From: Methanobrevibacter sp. | Lineage (GTDB): Archaea; Methanobacteriota; Methanobacteria; Methanobacteriales; Methanobacteriaceae | Direction of reading: 5' to 3' | DNA length: 64,000 bases | Assembly (NCBI RefSeq): GCF_017406825.1 | Contig: NZ_JAFQXT010000043.1 | Location: forward strand, 12,662-76,661 | Shown here: piece by piece, positions 18,174 to 27,671 of the stretch | How the letters are laid out: the number at the start of each line of letters is the position of its first letter | Numbering within the stretch: position 1 is the first letter of the stretch | Made by a program: the position numbers and the translations under genes | The notes under the pieces: generated by a model | Told to the model about the DNA's origin: nothing | What the model saw: only the letters and a program-made list of their open reading frames with translations | The model's database searches: none

Positions 18174-19217
18174 ATGGGTAAAAATAGAGTGGAATGGATT
18201 GACTTTGTACGTGCCATAGCAATTCTGACTGTTTTGTATATTCATGCAACCGATGGAATTTATATCATCTCATCAGATGCAATAATGAATTACACTATCT
18301 ATTCAAGGATTTTCCAATTTGTATCACTATTTATTGGACGTATTGGAGTCCCATTCTTTTTAATGATTACGGGTTATTTGTTACTCGATAGGACATACAA
18401 CGATGAGCGAATCCGTAAGTTTTGGGAAAAAAATTGTAAAGGACTGATAATTGTTACAATAATCTGGGCCGCAATCTACGCGATTAGCCTGCAGTTTGTC
18501 ACTGTCGGAAGCGGACAGGTCAACTATACAGAAGCCGGAAACCTGTTTTTCAGCCACATGTGGTACATGCCCATGATTATTGGAATGTATCTTTCAATGC
18601 CGTTTGTTTCAAATGCGCTTAAGAATTTCAGTCCGCAGACAATAAATCAGGCCACAATCGTATTTGCATTTTTGGCATTCCTGCTGCCGTTCATTACAGT
18701 ATTATGCGATATGCATGGCGTTCAAAATGTAACCATACAATACTGCCTCGGATTCAGTGGGGGAGTTTATGGGATTTACATTATTTTGGGATACCTTGTC
18801 AAAAAAGATTTATTTAAGAAATATTCCTCAAATAAGCTTGGATTACTGGCCATCGTGTCATTTGCAATATGTGTAGTGTTCCAATACTATTCATACATCA
18901 GAGGATATAACTTCTTCTTATGGTATGAATTCCCCTTCATTCTAACAGGATCATTTGCATTATTTGAATTGTGTTCCAGAATGAAACATGTGAGGGCATT
19001 TCCTTTGATTTCAGTATTGTCCAAATATTCATTTGCAGTATTTTTAATACACAACTTATTCAGACTGCCTTTACTCCCAGTTATAGTCCAACTGCCGTAT
19101 ACAGAGCCTGTTAAAGCTTTAATTCTTTGGGTTTTATTAATATTCTTTAGTTATATTGCAGCTGCAATAATCTATAGAATCCCAAGATTTGGAAAATATA
19201 TATTATACATGAGATAA
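18174..19217 (+). CDS. Acyltransferase family 3 (OafA-like) membrane O-acyltransferase
   Basis: N-terminal RVEWIDFVRAIAILTVLYIHA motif and about 10 TM helices. 347 aa. Confidence 0.75.
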   Translation: MGKNRVEWIDFVRAIAILTVLYIHATDGIYIISSDAIMNYTIYSRIFQFVSLFIGRIGVPFFLMITGYLLLDRTYNDERIRKFWEKNCKGLIIVTIIWAAIYAISLQFVTVGSGQVNYTEAGNLFFSHMWYMPMIIGMYLSMPFVSNALKNFSPQTINQATIVFAFLAFLLPFITVLCDMHGVQNVTIQYCLGFSGGVYGIYIILGYLVKKDLFKKYSSNKLGLLAIVSFAICVVFQYYSYIRGYNFFLWYEFPFILTGSFALFELCSRMKHVRAFPLISVLSKYSFAVFLIHNLFRLPLLPVIVQLPYTEPVKALILWVLLIFFSYIAAAIIYRIPRFGKYILYMR

Positions 19218-19218
19218 T

Positions 19219-20073
19219 TCACATAATCTCTTTTTTTATTTCTTTGAATGCCTCTTTTGCTTCAGGAATTGGAAACATTGGATAGATATGGAATAACCCT
19301 TCGCCTGTGATGAATTTTACATCAACGCCATCCTTTTTCAGATTTTCAACGTATTTTTCGATATCCTCGTAAAATATTTCATTAGTCCCTGCAAAAATTA
19401 GTGTCCTTGGGAGATTTGTATTGTCTCCGAATAAGGGGCTGACCCTGAAATCTTTAGTATCAAGATTGCCTGCCCATGATTTGCCGATTTGCTTAAGCCC
19501 GACTTCGCCTAAAATAGGATCATCCTCACTGTCATATGGAGCATTGCTCATTGAAATATCCACCCATGGCGAAAAGGTTATAATCTTTTTTGGTTGCGGG
19601 AGGTTTATTGTTTTGATATACTGGCAGAACGAATGTATGAATCCGCCTCCTGCCGAATCTCCCATCAATATCAGATTTTCCCTTTCTATTAGGCGTTTAT
19701 AGAATTCACTCATCATGTCGAATGTTTCGGCTGCATTGTGTTTTGGGGCGAGCGGATAAACGGGTGCAAGTACAAATGCGTCCAACTTTCGGGAAAGTAA
19801 AAGACAGTACAACAAATGTTGATAATTGATTTCATTTATGAAAGCCCCGCCATGCATAAAGAGGATTGTATTTCCCGCATTTTCACTTCCAAAAGTGAAG
19901 ACCTGGAATCCATGGATGTCAATGCTTTTGAAAATACTTTTAACCGGCCCATCATCCTGCTGTTTTTTAGATAAAAAATCATTTATCTTATCCTGAAAAT
20001 CCATATAATCAGGTTTTGTGGACTTTAAAATGAATCCTTCAATTTTTGCAATTAGTGATGTATCTGCACTCAT
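19219..20073 (-). CDS. Alpha/beta hydrolase, hormone-sensitive-lipase-type esterase
   Basis: HGGAF oxyanion motif and GDSAGG nucleophile elbow. Confidence 0.8.
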   Translation of the reverse strand: MSADTSLIAKIEGFILKSTKPDYMDFQDKINDFLSKKQQDDGPVKSIFKSIDIHGFQVFTFGSENAGNTILFMHGGAFINEINYQHLLYCLLLSRKLDAFVLAPVYPLAPKHNAAETFDMMSEFYKRLIERENLILMGDSAGGGFIHSFCQYIKTINLPQPKKIITFSPWVDISMSNAPYDSEDDPILGEVGLKQIGKSWAGNLDTKDFRVSPLFGDNTNLPRTLIFAGTNEIFYEDIEKYVENLKKDGVDVKFITGEGLFHIYPMFPIPEAKEAFKEIKKEIM

Positions 20074-20128
20074 TGGAATAACCTTGGAAAATTACTGTCT
20101 AAACTATGTCTACAATATATTCTTGTTT

Positions 20129-20143
20129 AAAAAAATATTTAAA
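20129..20143 (+). promoter_or_regulatory. Candidate TATA box upstream of the PPTase reading frame
   Basis: aaaaaatatttaaa lies about 23-30 nt upstream of ATG 20166. This spacing fits a leaderless or short-leader archaeal transcript. The region is AT-rich, so specificity is low. Confidence 0.3.
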
Positions 20144-20213
20144 CTTTAAACAGATATTATGAATAATGATAAACAGGGTTAAACTGGCTTATTGCGATGT
20201 TGGTGATTAGAAT

Positions 20214-20807
20214 TTGGCCAAATCATACCAACGGTTATCCGAGGAAAGGAAAGGAAAAGTTGATAATTTCAAATTTCTCAAAGATAAAAAGCTTAGTGAG
20301 GGAGCCTATCTGCTTTTGAAAAAACTATTGGATGAAGAAGATATCGCATCCCCCATTTTTAGAACCGGAAAATACGGCAAGGCATACGTGGCAAACTTTG
20401 AAAATGTTTATTTTAACATAAGTCACTCAGGAAACTTCGTTGCCTGCGCAATATCAGATGGGGAAGTCGGTGTTGACATTGAATACAGCGACCCTGCAAT
20501 TGATTTGAACATTGCCAAACAGTACTTCTTCAACACGGAATATGAAAACATAATGAAATCCGAAAACTCCTCTGAAGAATTCTTCAGATATTGGGTTTTA
20601 AAAGAAAGTTACATGAAATATACAGGATTAGGATTTAATATTGGATTGGACGAGTTTGAAATAATGATTAATGATGAAATCAAACTAAAAAATGACAAAA
20701 ACGATTTAAAATTTAACCTATTTGACATTGATGATTATAAGTTAGCAATCTGTTCAAAATACCATGTGAAAAACGCTGAAAACTACACTATTGATGAGTT
20801 ATATTAA
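20214..20807 (+). CDS. Sfp-type 4'-phosphopantetheinyl transferase (longest open part; the native frame appears to start at 20166 and is interrupted by TAG 20208-20210)
   Basis: Motifs are GKYGKAYV...YFNISHSGNFVACAISDGEVGVDIE and WVLKESYMKYTG. The upstream in-frame segment MINRVKLAYCDVGD looks like the usual N-terminal strand. Confidence 0.75.
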   Translation: MAKSYQRLSEERKGKVDNFKFLKDKKLSEGAYLLLKKLLDEEDIASPIFRTGKYGKAYVANFENVYFNISHSGNFVACAISDGEVGVDIEYSDPAIDLNIAKQYFFNTEYENIMKSENSSEEFFRYWVLKESYMKYTGLGFNIGLDEFEIMINDEIKLKNDKNDLKFNLFDIDDYKLAICSKYHVKNAENYTIDELY

Positions 20808-20841
20808 CTAATGATGTAGTGAATAGATTAGGTCTTTCATG

Positions 20842-21858
20842 TTAATCTATTTTCAATGGCAGATTTCCAATAACCTCGGCTTTTTTTGATATGCTTACAG
20901 TGTCTTCCAAACGGACTCCGAATTCACCTTCAAGGTATATCCCCGGTTCGACAGTTATGACCATGCCCTCTTCAACAGCTGTTTCATCACGTAATGAAAA
21001 TCCTGGGGTTTCATGAATGTCAAGCCCCAAGCTATGGCCTGTCGAGTGGATGAATTTATCCCCATAGCAATAATCTGAAATTATGTCCCTTGCAACTTTA
21101 TCCACTTCACAGCATTTGATACCCGGTTCAATGGCTTTTATTGCTTTGTCATGTGCTTCAGCCACAATATCCCAGATTTCATGCTGTGATTCTGTGTAAA
21201 CCATTGTACGAGTGTTATCGGAACAATATCCTCCATAAATAGCTCCCCAATCAATCAGAATAGGTTGTGACAACTGTTTATCCTGAGGAACCGCATGTGG
21301 AAGGCTTGAATCCGGACCGCTTGTAACAATCGTGTCAAATGATTCCTTGGATGCCCCATTTTCAATCATTAAACGGTTCAAATCAAAAGCGATTTCCCTT
21401 TCAGTTCCATCATTATTCAGAATGTCCAATTGTAAAAATGATTTCTGGGCGATTTCAGTTGCCTGTGTGATTTTCTCAATTTCTTGAGGAGATTTGATCA
21501 TTCTCTGTTTATCTATATAAGTCTTGGAATCTATTTCAAAATCATCCCTGAATCTAACATAAGAGCTGAATGGTAAAGTTGGCTCGATTGCCAATCTCTT
21601 AATGCCCTCACGTTTCAATTCCTTAACAATGCCTTCAAAAGATTCATATTCCTTAACTTCAATGCTGGAATCCCTGTTAGCCAATTCCATATCCATTCCA
21701 GATGCATAAATTATTGGTTCTTCTTTAATTATGCAAAATGCGAAGCTGGTCGGCCTATAACCTGATATGTATTCGACATTTGTGAACTGTGTAAGCAGGT
21801 AAGCCTGAAAGCCGTCATTTTTCAAATCATTCAAAATATTGTTAACATGCAAGTCCAT
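20842..21858 (-). CDS. M24 family Xaa-Pro peptidase
   Basis: Creatinase-like N-terminal domain plus a pita-bread domain with metal ligands (DWGAIYGGYCSDNTRT, HSTGHSLGLDIHE, EPGIY, RLED). Start is set at MDLHVNN (21858); the longer track ORF overlaps the divergent M50 gene. Confidence 0.8.
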   Translation of the reverse strand: MDLHVNNILNDLKNDGFQAYLLTQFTNVEYISGYRPTSFAFCIIKEEPIIYASGMDMELANRDSSIEVKEYESFEGIVKELKREGIKRLAIEPTLPFSSYVRFRDDFEIDSKTYIDKQRMIKSPQEIEKITQATEIAQKSFLQLDILNNDGTEREIAFDLNRLMIENGASKESFDTIVTSGPDSSLPHAVPQDKQLSQPILIDWGAIYGGYCSDNTRTMVYTESQHEIWDIVAEAHDKAIKAIEPGIKCCEVDKVARDIISDYCYGDKFIHSTGHSLGLDIHETPGFSLRDETAVEEGMVITVEPGIYLEGEFGVRLEDTVSISKKAEVIGNLPLKID

Positions 21859-21907
21859 AATTAATATTAGAAAAAACTTTATATATAAAATTAGATATTT
21901 TAACATT

Positions 21908-22549
21908 ATGATTAGATTTACAAGCAGTGAAGTAAGAGACTTGATAATTGCATTTTTCGTCATTTCACTTTGTTTTGCAATAGTGAATGGTGGAAGAGAT
22001 ACAAATGCAGTATTATCAATCTTGCCGATTGTAATGGTTGGTGTGGGAGCCGGTTTTATCCTACACGAACTCGGACACAAATTCGTGTCAATGAAATATG
22101 GTTACTGGGCCGAATTCAAATTATGGCCACAAGGATTAATATTTGCACTCATCACTTCCTTTTTCGGATTCGTATTTGCAGCGCCTGGTGAAGTCTACAC
22201 CTATGCAAACTATATGACTGATGAGATAAACGGCAAAATCTCAATTGCAGGACCTATCGTCAATATAATTCTCGCATTAGTATTCCTGGCAATTGCCACT
22301 TCAGTTTATCATTCCGCATTTACCTCAGAAACTTCATTATTGATATTTATAATCTGTTCTGTCGGTTATTCAGTAAACAGCTTTTTGGCCGTGTTCAATT
22401 TGCTTCCGATTGGAAACCTGGACGGATCAAAAGTTTTGAACTGGAATATTGGAATCTGGATTGTTACAATAGCCATTGCAGCAATATTGACCTTGGCATC
22501 CATGACAATCGGTGTTGAAAATATTGTTAGATTAATTATAGGAATGTAA
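21908..22549 (+). CDS. M50 (site-2 protease-like) membrane metalloprotease, small form
   Basis: HELGHKF (HExxH) in a TM helix and NLLPIGNLDG (NxxPxxxLDG) in a later helix. Start is set at ATG 21908. Confidence 0.75.
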   Translation: MIRFTSSEVRDLIIAFFVISLCFAIVNGGRDTNAVLSILPIVMVGVGAGFILHELGHKFVSMKYGYWAEFKLWPQGLIFALITSFFGFVFAAPGEVYTYANYMTDEINGKISIAGPIVNIILALVFLAIATSVYHSAFTSETSLLIFIICSVGYSVNSFLAVFNLLPIGNLDGSKVLNWNIGIWIVTIAIAAILTLASMTIGVENIVRLIIGM

Positions 22550-22550
22550 A

Positions 22551-23750
22551 ATGACAGACGAATTGACATACTTTAAAGGAACTCACAGAGTAATTGCTCC
22601 TTCAAAAACAATAGAAATTAACGAAGAGAAACTGAAAGTAGCTGGAATCACCCGTATTGCAGACATTACTGATTTGGATAGAATAGGTCTTCCTATTTAT
22701 ACCGCAATCAGGCCAACTGCTGAAGAAGGTGCCATCAGCATTTACGGCGGGAAGGGAATTACTAGAGACCATGCAAAGGCATCCGCAATGATGGAAGGCT
22801 TTGAGAGATATTCCGCCGAAAGACACGAAAGTGATGAAACCACAATAGCTACTCTAAATGAGATTTCAGATTTGGGGGATTACATAAATCCCGAAAGTTT
22901 AAATCTGCCTAAAGACTTCAAGAAAGAAAATCTGGATTCAATGAAATTAGAATGGAGCCTTGCAAAAGACATAATAACAGATAAAGATTACTACATTCCT
23001 ACAAATGCAATTTACCACCCCTACATCAATAATGATTCTGAAAGCCTATTCAAATCCAATACCAATGGCCTTGCTTCAGGAAATATATTGGAAGAGGCTA
23101 TTTTGCATGGGATTTTTGAAGTAATTGAACGCGACGCTTGGAGCATTTTCGAGTTAACTCATAAAAATTATGCTCAGATTGATTTGGACAGTATCGAAAG
23201 TGATATTGTTAATGATACCATAGATAAATTTGAATCCGAAGGAATAAAAATCAAACTAATGGATTTCACTGCCGATATCAACGTCCCTACCATTGCGGCT
23301 TCAGCTGACGACACCGTTACAAAGGATGCCGGACTTTTAACATTGGGCATGGGGACACATCTGGATCCTGAAGTTGCAATCCTTAGAGCTTTAACGGAAG
23401 TGGCTCAAAGCAGGGCAACACAAATTAATGGTGCTCGTGAAGACACTGTCAGAGCAGATTTTGCCCGTGAAGCCGGTTACGAACGGATGAAAAGGATAAA
23501 TAAATACTACTTTAGAGAAGAAGATGAAAAAATCAGCCTTTCAAGTATCGAGAATAATGCAACAACTTCAATTACAAAAGATTTGGAAATTGTTAAAGAA
23601 GAATTATTGGCAAATGATATTGATAAGATATTATATTACGATTTGACACGGCCTGAACTTGATGTCAGCGTTGTTCGAGTCGTTATTCCTGAAATGGAAC
23701 TTTTTGCACTTGACCCTTCAAGAGCAGGATACAGATTCCTGAAAGTATGA
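22551..23750 (+). CDS. ycaO: YcaO-domain protein (methanogen McrA thioamidation type)
   Basis: Size 399 aa. N-terminal GTHRVIAPSKT...GITRIADITDLDRIGLPIY and SNTNGLASGN...E..ERD motifs are typical of YcaO. It is followed directly by tfuA. Confidence 0.85.
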   Translation: MTDELTYFKGTHRVIAPSKTIEINEEKLKVAGITRIADITDLDRIGLPIYTAIRPTAEEGAISIYGGKGITRDHAKASAMMEGFERYSAERHESDETTIATLNEISDLGDYINPESLNLPKDFKKENLDSMKLEWSLAKDIITDKDYYIPTNAIYHPYINNDSESLFKSNTNGLASGNILEEAILHGIFEVIERDAWSIFELTHKNYAQIDLDSIESDIVNDTIDKFESEGIKIKLMDFTADINVPTIAASADDTVTKDAGLLTLGMGTHLDPEVAILRALTEVAQSRATQINGAREDTVRADFAREAGYERMKRINKYYFREEDEKISLSSIENNATTSITKDLEIVKEELLANDIDKILYYDLTRPELDVSVVRVVIPEMELFALDPSRAGYRFLKV

Positions 23751-23754
23751 TAAA

Positions 23755-24408
23755 ATGATGAAGATTATAGTTTATGCAGGATTATCAATTCCTTTTGATG
23801 AGGCAAAAGAGATTTTGGACTCAACCGACAGCATTGAAGTAGTCTACAAAAGACCAATTCAAAGAGGGGACTTAAGCCAGGCACTGAAGGAACATCCCGA
23901 CATCATTGCCATTATTGACGGAGTGTTTCACCAGAACTCTGCAGTGGGCCACAAGGAAATTCTGAATGTTATTAATGAGGGAATAAAAGTATATGGCGCT
24001 TCAAGCATGGGAGCTTTAAGAGCATCCGAACTGGATACATTGGGAATGACCGGCGTGGGTTATGTTTATTCCCAGTACACTACCGGTGAAGTTGATTCGG
24101 ATGATGATGTTGCCGTGATGCTTGACAGCGAGACTCTTGAAGCACTTTCCGTTCCATTGATCAATATGAAATATGTTTTTACAAATGCCGTATCCGAAGG
24201 CATCATTACCAGCGACGAAAAAGATGAGTTATTGGATATCACTAAAAAAACATATTATCCTCAAAGAAATTATGCAAGAACAATAAGTGAGTCTGATTTA
24301 GATAACGAAAGGAAGAGTGAACTCATTGATTTTATTAGAACCTCACCGGACATCAAAAAAGAGGATGCTAAAGAATTGCTTGAAACAATTAAGGCAGAAA
24401 TAAACTAA
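23755..24408 (+). CDS. tfuA: TfuA-like protein
   Basis: VYAGLSI...VYKRPIQRGDL...IIAIIDGVFHQNSAVGHKEIL...GASSMGALRA, the canonical TfuA pattern. Starts 4 nt after the ycaO stop. Confidence 0.85.
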   Translation: MMKIIVYAGLSIPFDEAKEILDSTDSIEVVYKRPIQRGDLSQALKEHPDIIAIIDGVFHQNSAVGHKEILNVINEGIKVYGASSMGALRASELDTLGMTGVGYVYSQYTTGEVDSDDDVAVMLDSETLEALSVPLINMKYVFTNAVSEGIITSDEKDELLDITKKTYYPQRNYARTISESDLDNERKSELIDFIRTSPDIKKEDAKELLETIKAEIN

Positions 24409-24576
24409 TTTCAAAGAATGCATATATACTGATTAAATTGTTTCACTTTGAGAATTAATATTCAATGTTTTAATAAAAATAATGATTGATTAAATTGGAA
24501 ATATCATCATCAACAGCAATTTAATCGAAAGGAATGTTAAAATAATAAACTTTAAAAGTGAGATGAAAATGAAACA

Positions 24577-25035
24577 TTAATTTTTTTTCATTTCCATGTA
24601 TTTTTTCAAAACGATATCAGGTGTTTCAATGCACTGATCAAAAGTAGTTGAAAATTCATGAGCTTCAAAATCTTCTTCAACTTTTCTAATTCCATTTAAG
24701 GAAATATTGTTTCCATCGATTTTAAAACCCACATCATCAGCAGAAACAGACACTAGATTAATTTCAATTTCAGAAGCTTTTTCCAATACCCCATTAGCCT
24801 TAACATCATATTTCAATTTCAATACCTTATGAGGCATTATCTCATTGATAGTTCTTTTAATGACTGAATCAAGAAGTTCTAAAAATTTTATAGCCGGGGG
24901 CATATTATTAGTCCACCAATAAGTTAAAACAGAATTCAATACAATTGCGTGTTCGGAAAAATCATCATATAATCTTGCACGAACACGAACTGTACTATCA
25001 TCTACTTTAACAACTAAAACCGGACTAACAGCCAT
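24577..25035 (-). CDS. Hypothetical protein
   Basis: 152-aa ORF in an operon-like position, 10 nt downstream of the CBS gene. No recognisable motif. Confidence 0.5.
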   Translation of the reverse strand: MAVSPVLVVKVDDSTVRVRARLYDDFSEHAIVLNSVLTYWWTNNMPPAIKFLELLDSVIKRTINEIMPHKVLKLKYDVKANGVLEKASEIEINLVSVSADDVGFKIDGNNISLNGIRKVEEDFEAHEFSTTFDQCIETPDIVLKKYMEMKKN

Positions 25036-25045
25036 CTTATCCCAA

Positions 25046-25885
25046 TTATTTGACTAATGCTTTAATTAAATCGCTTGCTCTTACAAGTCCGACCAAATCC
25101 CCTTCAACACCAATAACAGGAATTTGTTCGATGTTTAAGGATTTCATTTTTTTAGCACAATCAGAAACTTTGGTTTTGGAATTAGCTACTTCAACATTGC
25201 TTACAGCAACATCACTTACAGTTTTGTCAGCAAATTTCAAACTGTTTTTCTCGATGTAGAGAACTGAAGTGCTGTCCCATGACCATTTGTCCCCTTCGGT
25301 TCCGACAGTGGAACTGTGTTCACTTCTCTCAGAGATAATTTCAATTTCAGAGATAAAATCAGTTTCAGTTAGAATACCTGATAATTTTGCATCATCATCA
25401 AGTGCTAAAATAGATTTTAGTCCAAATTGATTCATTGTTTCAAAAGCTACATTTAATGGAGCTTTTTCCCAAGTAGTTGGGACAGTAGTAATCATATAAT
25501 TTTCAACAGCATCATCAACTTCGATTTTAGTTAAAGCTTTTGATACTAAATCGAAGGAAGTGATAATTCCGACTAGTTCACCATCATCATTAACTACAGG
25601 AACTCTTCTAACATTGTTTTCCATCATGACACGAGCTGCGTCTACGACATCATCACCAGGCTTAATGGTGATTAATTCTCTGGTCATTAACATTGCAATT
25701 TGTTCTTCATCAGGATTATTAATTAAATCAGAACGAGTTACTAGTCCTACTAAAATATCAGTATCTTCTTTAACTACAGGAAGTACCGCTTTGTTTTCTT
25801 TTCTCATTAAGTCTAAAACTTTTTCACGATTTCCCGGAACGGAAACGCTGACAACATTTTTAGACATTGTTCTTTTAACTAACAT
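25046..25885 (-). CDS. CBS-domain protein (four CBS repeats)
   Basis: Repeated V...P.V..dg.LvGiiT..Dl patterns occur four times. Confidence 0.8.
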   Translation of the reverse strand: MLVKRTMSKNVVSVSVPGNREKVLDLMRKENKAVLPVVKEDTDILVGLVTRSDLINNPDEEQIAMLMTRELITIKPGDDVVDAARVMMENNVRRVPVVNDDGELVGIITSFDLVSKALTKIEVDDAVENYMITTVPTTWEKAPLNVAFETMNQFGLKSILALDDDAKLSGILTETDFISEIEIISERSEHSSTVGTEGDKWSWDSTSVLYIEKNSLKFADKTVSDVAVSNVEVANSKTKVSDCAKKMKSLNIEQIPVIGVEGDLVGLVRASDLIKALVK

Positions 25886-25925
25886 AAAAACACCTTTTGT
25901 AAACTTTAATAATAAAATGGTAAAA

Positions 25926-26348
25926 TTAATGAACTACGAGTACTGCACATTTCGCTGAATTTACAACTTTATCAGCCACACTACCCATAATAAATCTATC
26001 GAAGCCAGATTTACCAGAACTACCCATTACAATTAAGTCAACTTCTTCTTCTTTTGCAACCTCTAAAATAACTTTAGCAGGTGAACCTTCTCTAATCACA
26101 TGAGTAATTTTTAAATTTTCTTCATTTAACTCATCAAATTCCTTGAGATTTTCTTCAGATCTCTCTTTTAGGATTTGATTTAACTGGTATACTTCATCAT
26201 CTAATGGGAGTCCATTAACAAAATTATTTTCCGTAACGCTCACAGCAATTATTTCTGCTCCACTAACTTTAGATAAGAATAAAGCATGCTTTTGAGCTTT
26301 TTTTGCAAATTCAGACCCGTCAGTTGGGACTAATATTTTGTTATACAT
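25926..26348 (-). CDS. Universal stress protein (UspA family)
   Basis: MYNKILVPTDGSE...DLIVMGSSGKSGFDRFIMGSVADKVVNSAKCAVLVV. Confidence 0.85.
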   Translation of the reverse strand: MYNKILVPTDGSEFAKKAQKHALFLSKVSGAEIIAVSVTENNFVNGLPLDDEVYQLNQILKERSEENLKEFDELNEENLKITHVIREGSPAKVILEVAKEEEVDLIVMGSSGKSGFDRFIMGSVADKVVNSAKCAVLVVH

Positions 26349-26388
26349 TTAAATCTCACCCATTATCGTATAGATTATACCCATGATA

Positions 26389-27543
26389 TTATACATTAAC
26401 TTTTTTGTTAATGGTATATAATATATTTTTCGTTTCTATGCGATTACATATATTAAGGTAGGGATTTTTAGAAAAAGATTTTGAAACAATGAATTCAGCA
26501 TAATTATCCTCTGAAATTACAGATTTTTGAATAATATTGTTGATTTCAAATCCGCAAATATTGGTTGTTGCCATTTTTACCAAATCAACTGGATTGATAT
26601 AAGTTTTATAATAAACAGACATGATTTTTAAGGCAAACTCCAATTCCCTAAACATATTTGGTGAGTTGAGCATCACATTATCGGTTCCAAGCAATGGTTT
26701 CATTCCTAAGCTCAGCATTTTAGTTAATGGAGCCACGCCAACGCTTAAAGTTGCATTTGCTCTTGGGCAAACAACAACATTCTGATTTGAATCGGCCACT
26801 AATTCCAAATCATCGGATTTGGGATTTGTTAAGTGAACCAGCTGATTGAAATTGCTTTTAACTCCTTTGGCGATTTCAGTACTGTTAGTATTATTTAAGG
26901 ACCCTATTTGATTAGATTCGGATTCAGCCACATGGATTGATGATATTTTACCGCACTTATTGCATTCTTCAACTATTATATCGGCAACATCAGCTGTGAT
27001 TTCACCAAAGCCGCTTGGCGCTATGCCGTCAGCGACTTTTAAAAGTTTGCGAACTGCAATTCTAACTTTGCTTAAATCAGGGTCATCACCGTAAAAACTA
27101 TCATCACGGCCCAGAATAATTGGTTTGATTGGAAGGTCTTTTGAAGCTTCTTTTAGAAGTTTAACTCCTTTAACTCCCCCTTCCCTATAATCAATAAAGT
27201 GTGTTGTTCCTGAGTCAATCATTTCCTGCATTGACTGCCTCATTGCTTCGATTAGCTCATCATCCTCCACATTTGACAGGGCAACATGCTTAACACCATC
27301 TGGAGGCCTGACCATCTCGCCTAAAGAAAGGCCATAACCTTCGTCCTTGATTATGGAATCTCCAATATGTGTGTGGCCGTTAATAAAAGAAGGGCAAACT
27401 GCCGCACCATCTACATCAATAATTTTTCCTTCCTTCGCTTCTTTTGAAATTTCGATGATTTTGCCATTTTCAACGACAATATTTTCACGAACCGGAATTA
27501 AATCTTGACCTTTCAATATGATTCCATTTGAGATAGTAAACAT
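26389..27543 (-). CDS. Amidohydrolase superfamily protein (chlorohydrolase/deaminase-like)
   Basis: PSFINGHTHIGDS (HxH metal motif), HVAES and LGTDN motifs. Confidence 0.75.
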   Translation of the reverse strand: MFTISNGIILKGQDLIPVRENIVVENGKIIEISKEAKEGKIIDVDGAAVCPSFINGHTHIGDSIIKDEGYGLSLGEMVRPPDGVKHVALSNVEDDELIEAMRQSMQEMIDSGTTHFIDYREGGVKGVKLLKEASKDLPIKPIILGRDDSFYGDDPDLSKVRIAVRKLLKVADGIAPSGFGEITADVADIIVEECNKCGKISSIHVAESESNQIGSLNNTNSTEIAKGVKSNFNQLVHLTNPKSDDLELVADSNQNVVVCPRANATLSVGVAPLTKMLSLGMKPLLGTDNVMLNSPNMFRELEFALKIMSVYYKTYINPVDLVKMATTNICGFEINNIIQKSVISEDNYAEFIVSKSFSKNPYLNICNRIETKNILYTINKKVNV

Positions 27544-27671
27544 CAGATTTAACTCTAATTTTTTTAACTAAAATAATTTTTCATTACATTTATTTAATCC
27601 AAAAATAATACTATAAATCAGAAATCGTGAAAAATGATTTACGATAATAATTTTCTTTTTAAACCATAAAG

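Noticed and set aside
20208-20210. In-frame TAG in the PPTase as a pyrrolysine codon
   Set aside because: Pyrrolysine decoding is known from Methanosarcinales, Methanomassiliicoccales and a few bacteria, not from Methanobacteriales. No pyl genes are in the window, and the position is not a conserved functional residue. A nonsense mutation or sequencing error is more parsimonious.
21859-22080. N-terminal 74-codon extension of the M24 peptidase ORF
   Set aside because: The extension overlaps the divergent M50 gene and has no peptidase homology. The conserved creatinase-like N-terminus begins at MDLHVNN (21858).
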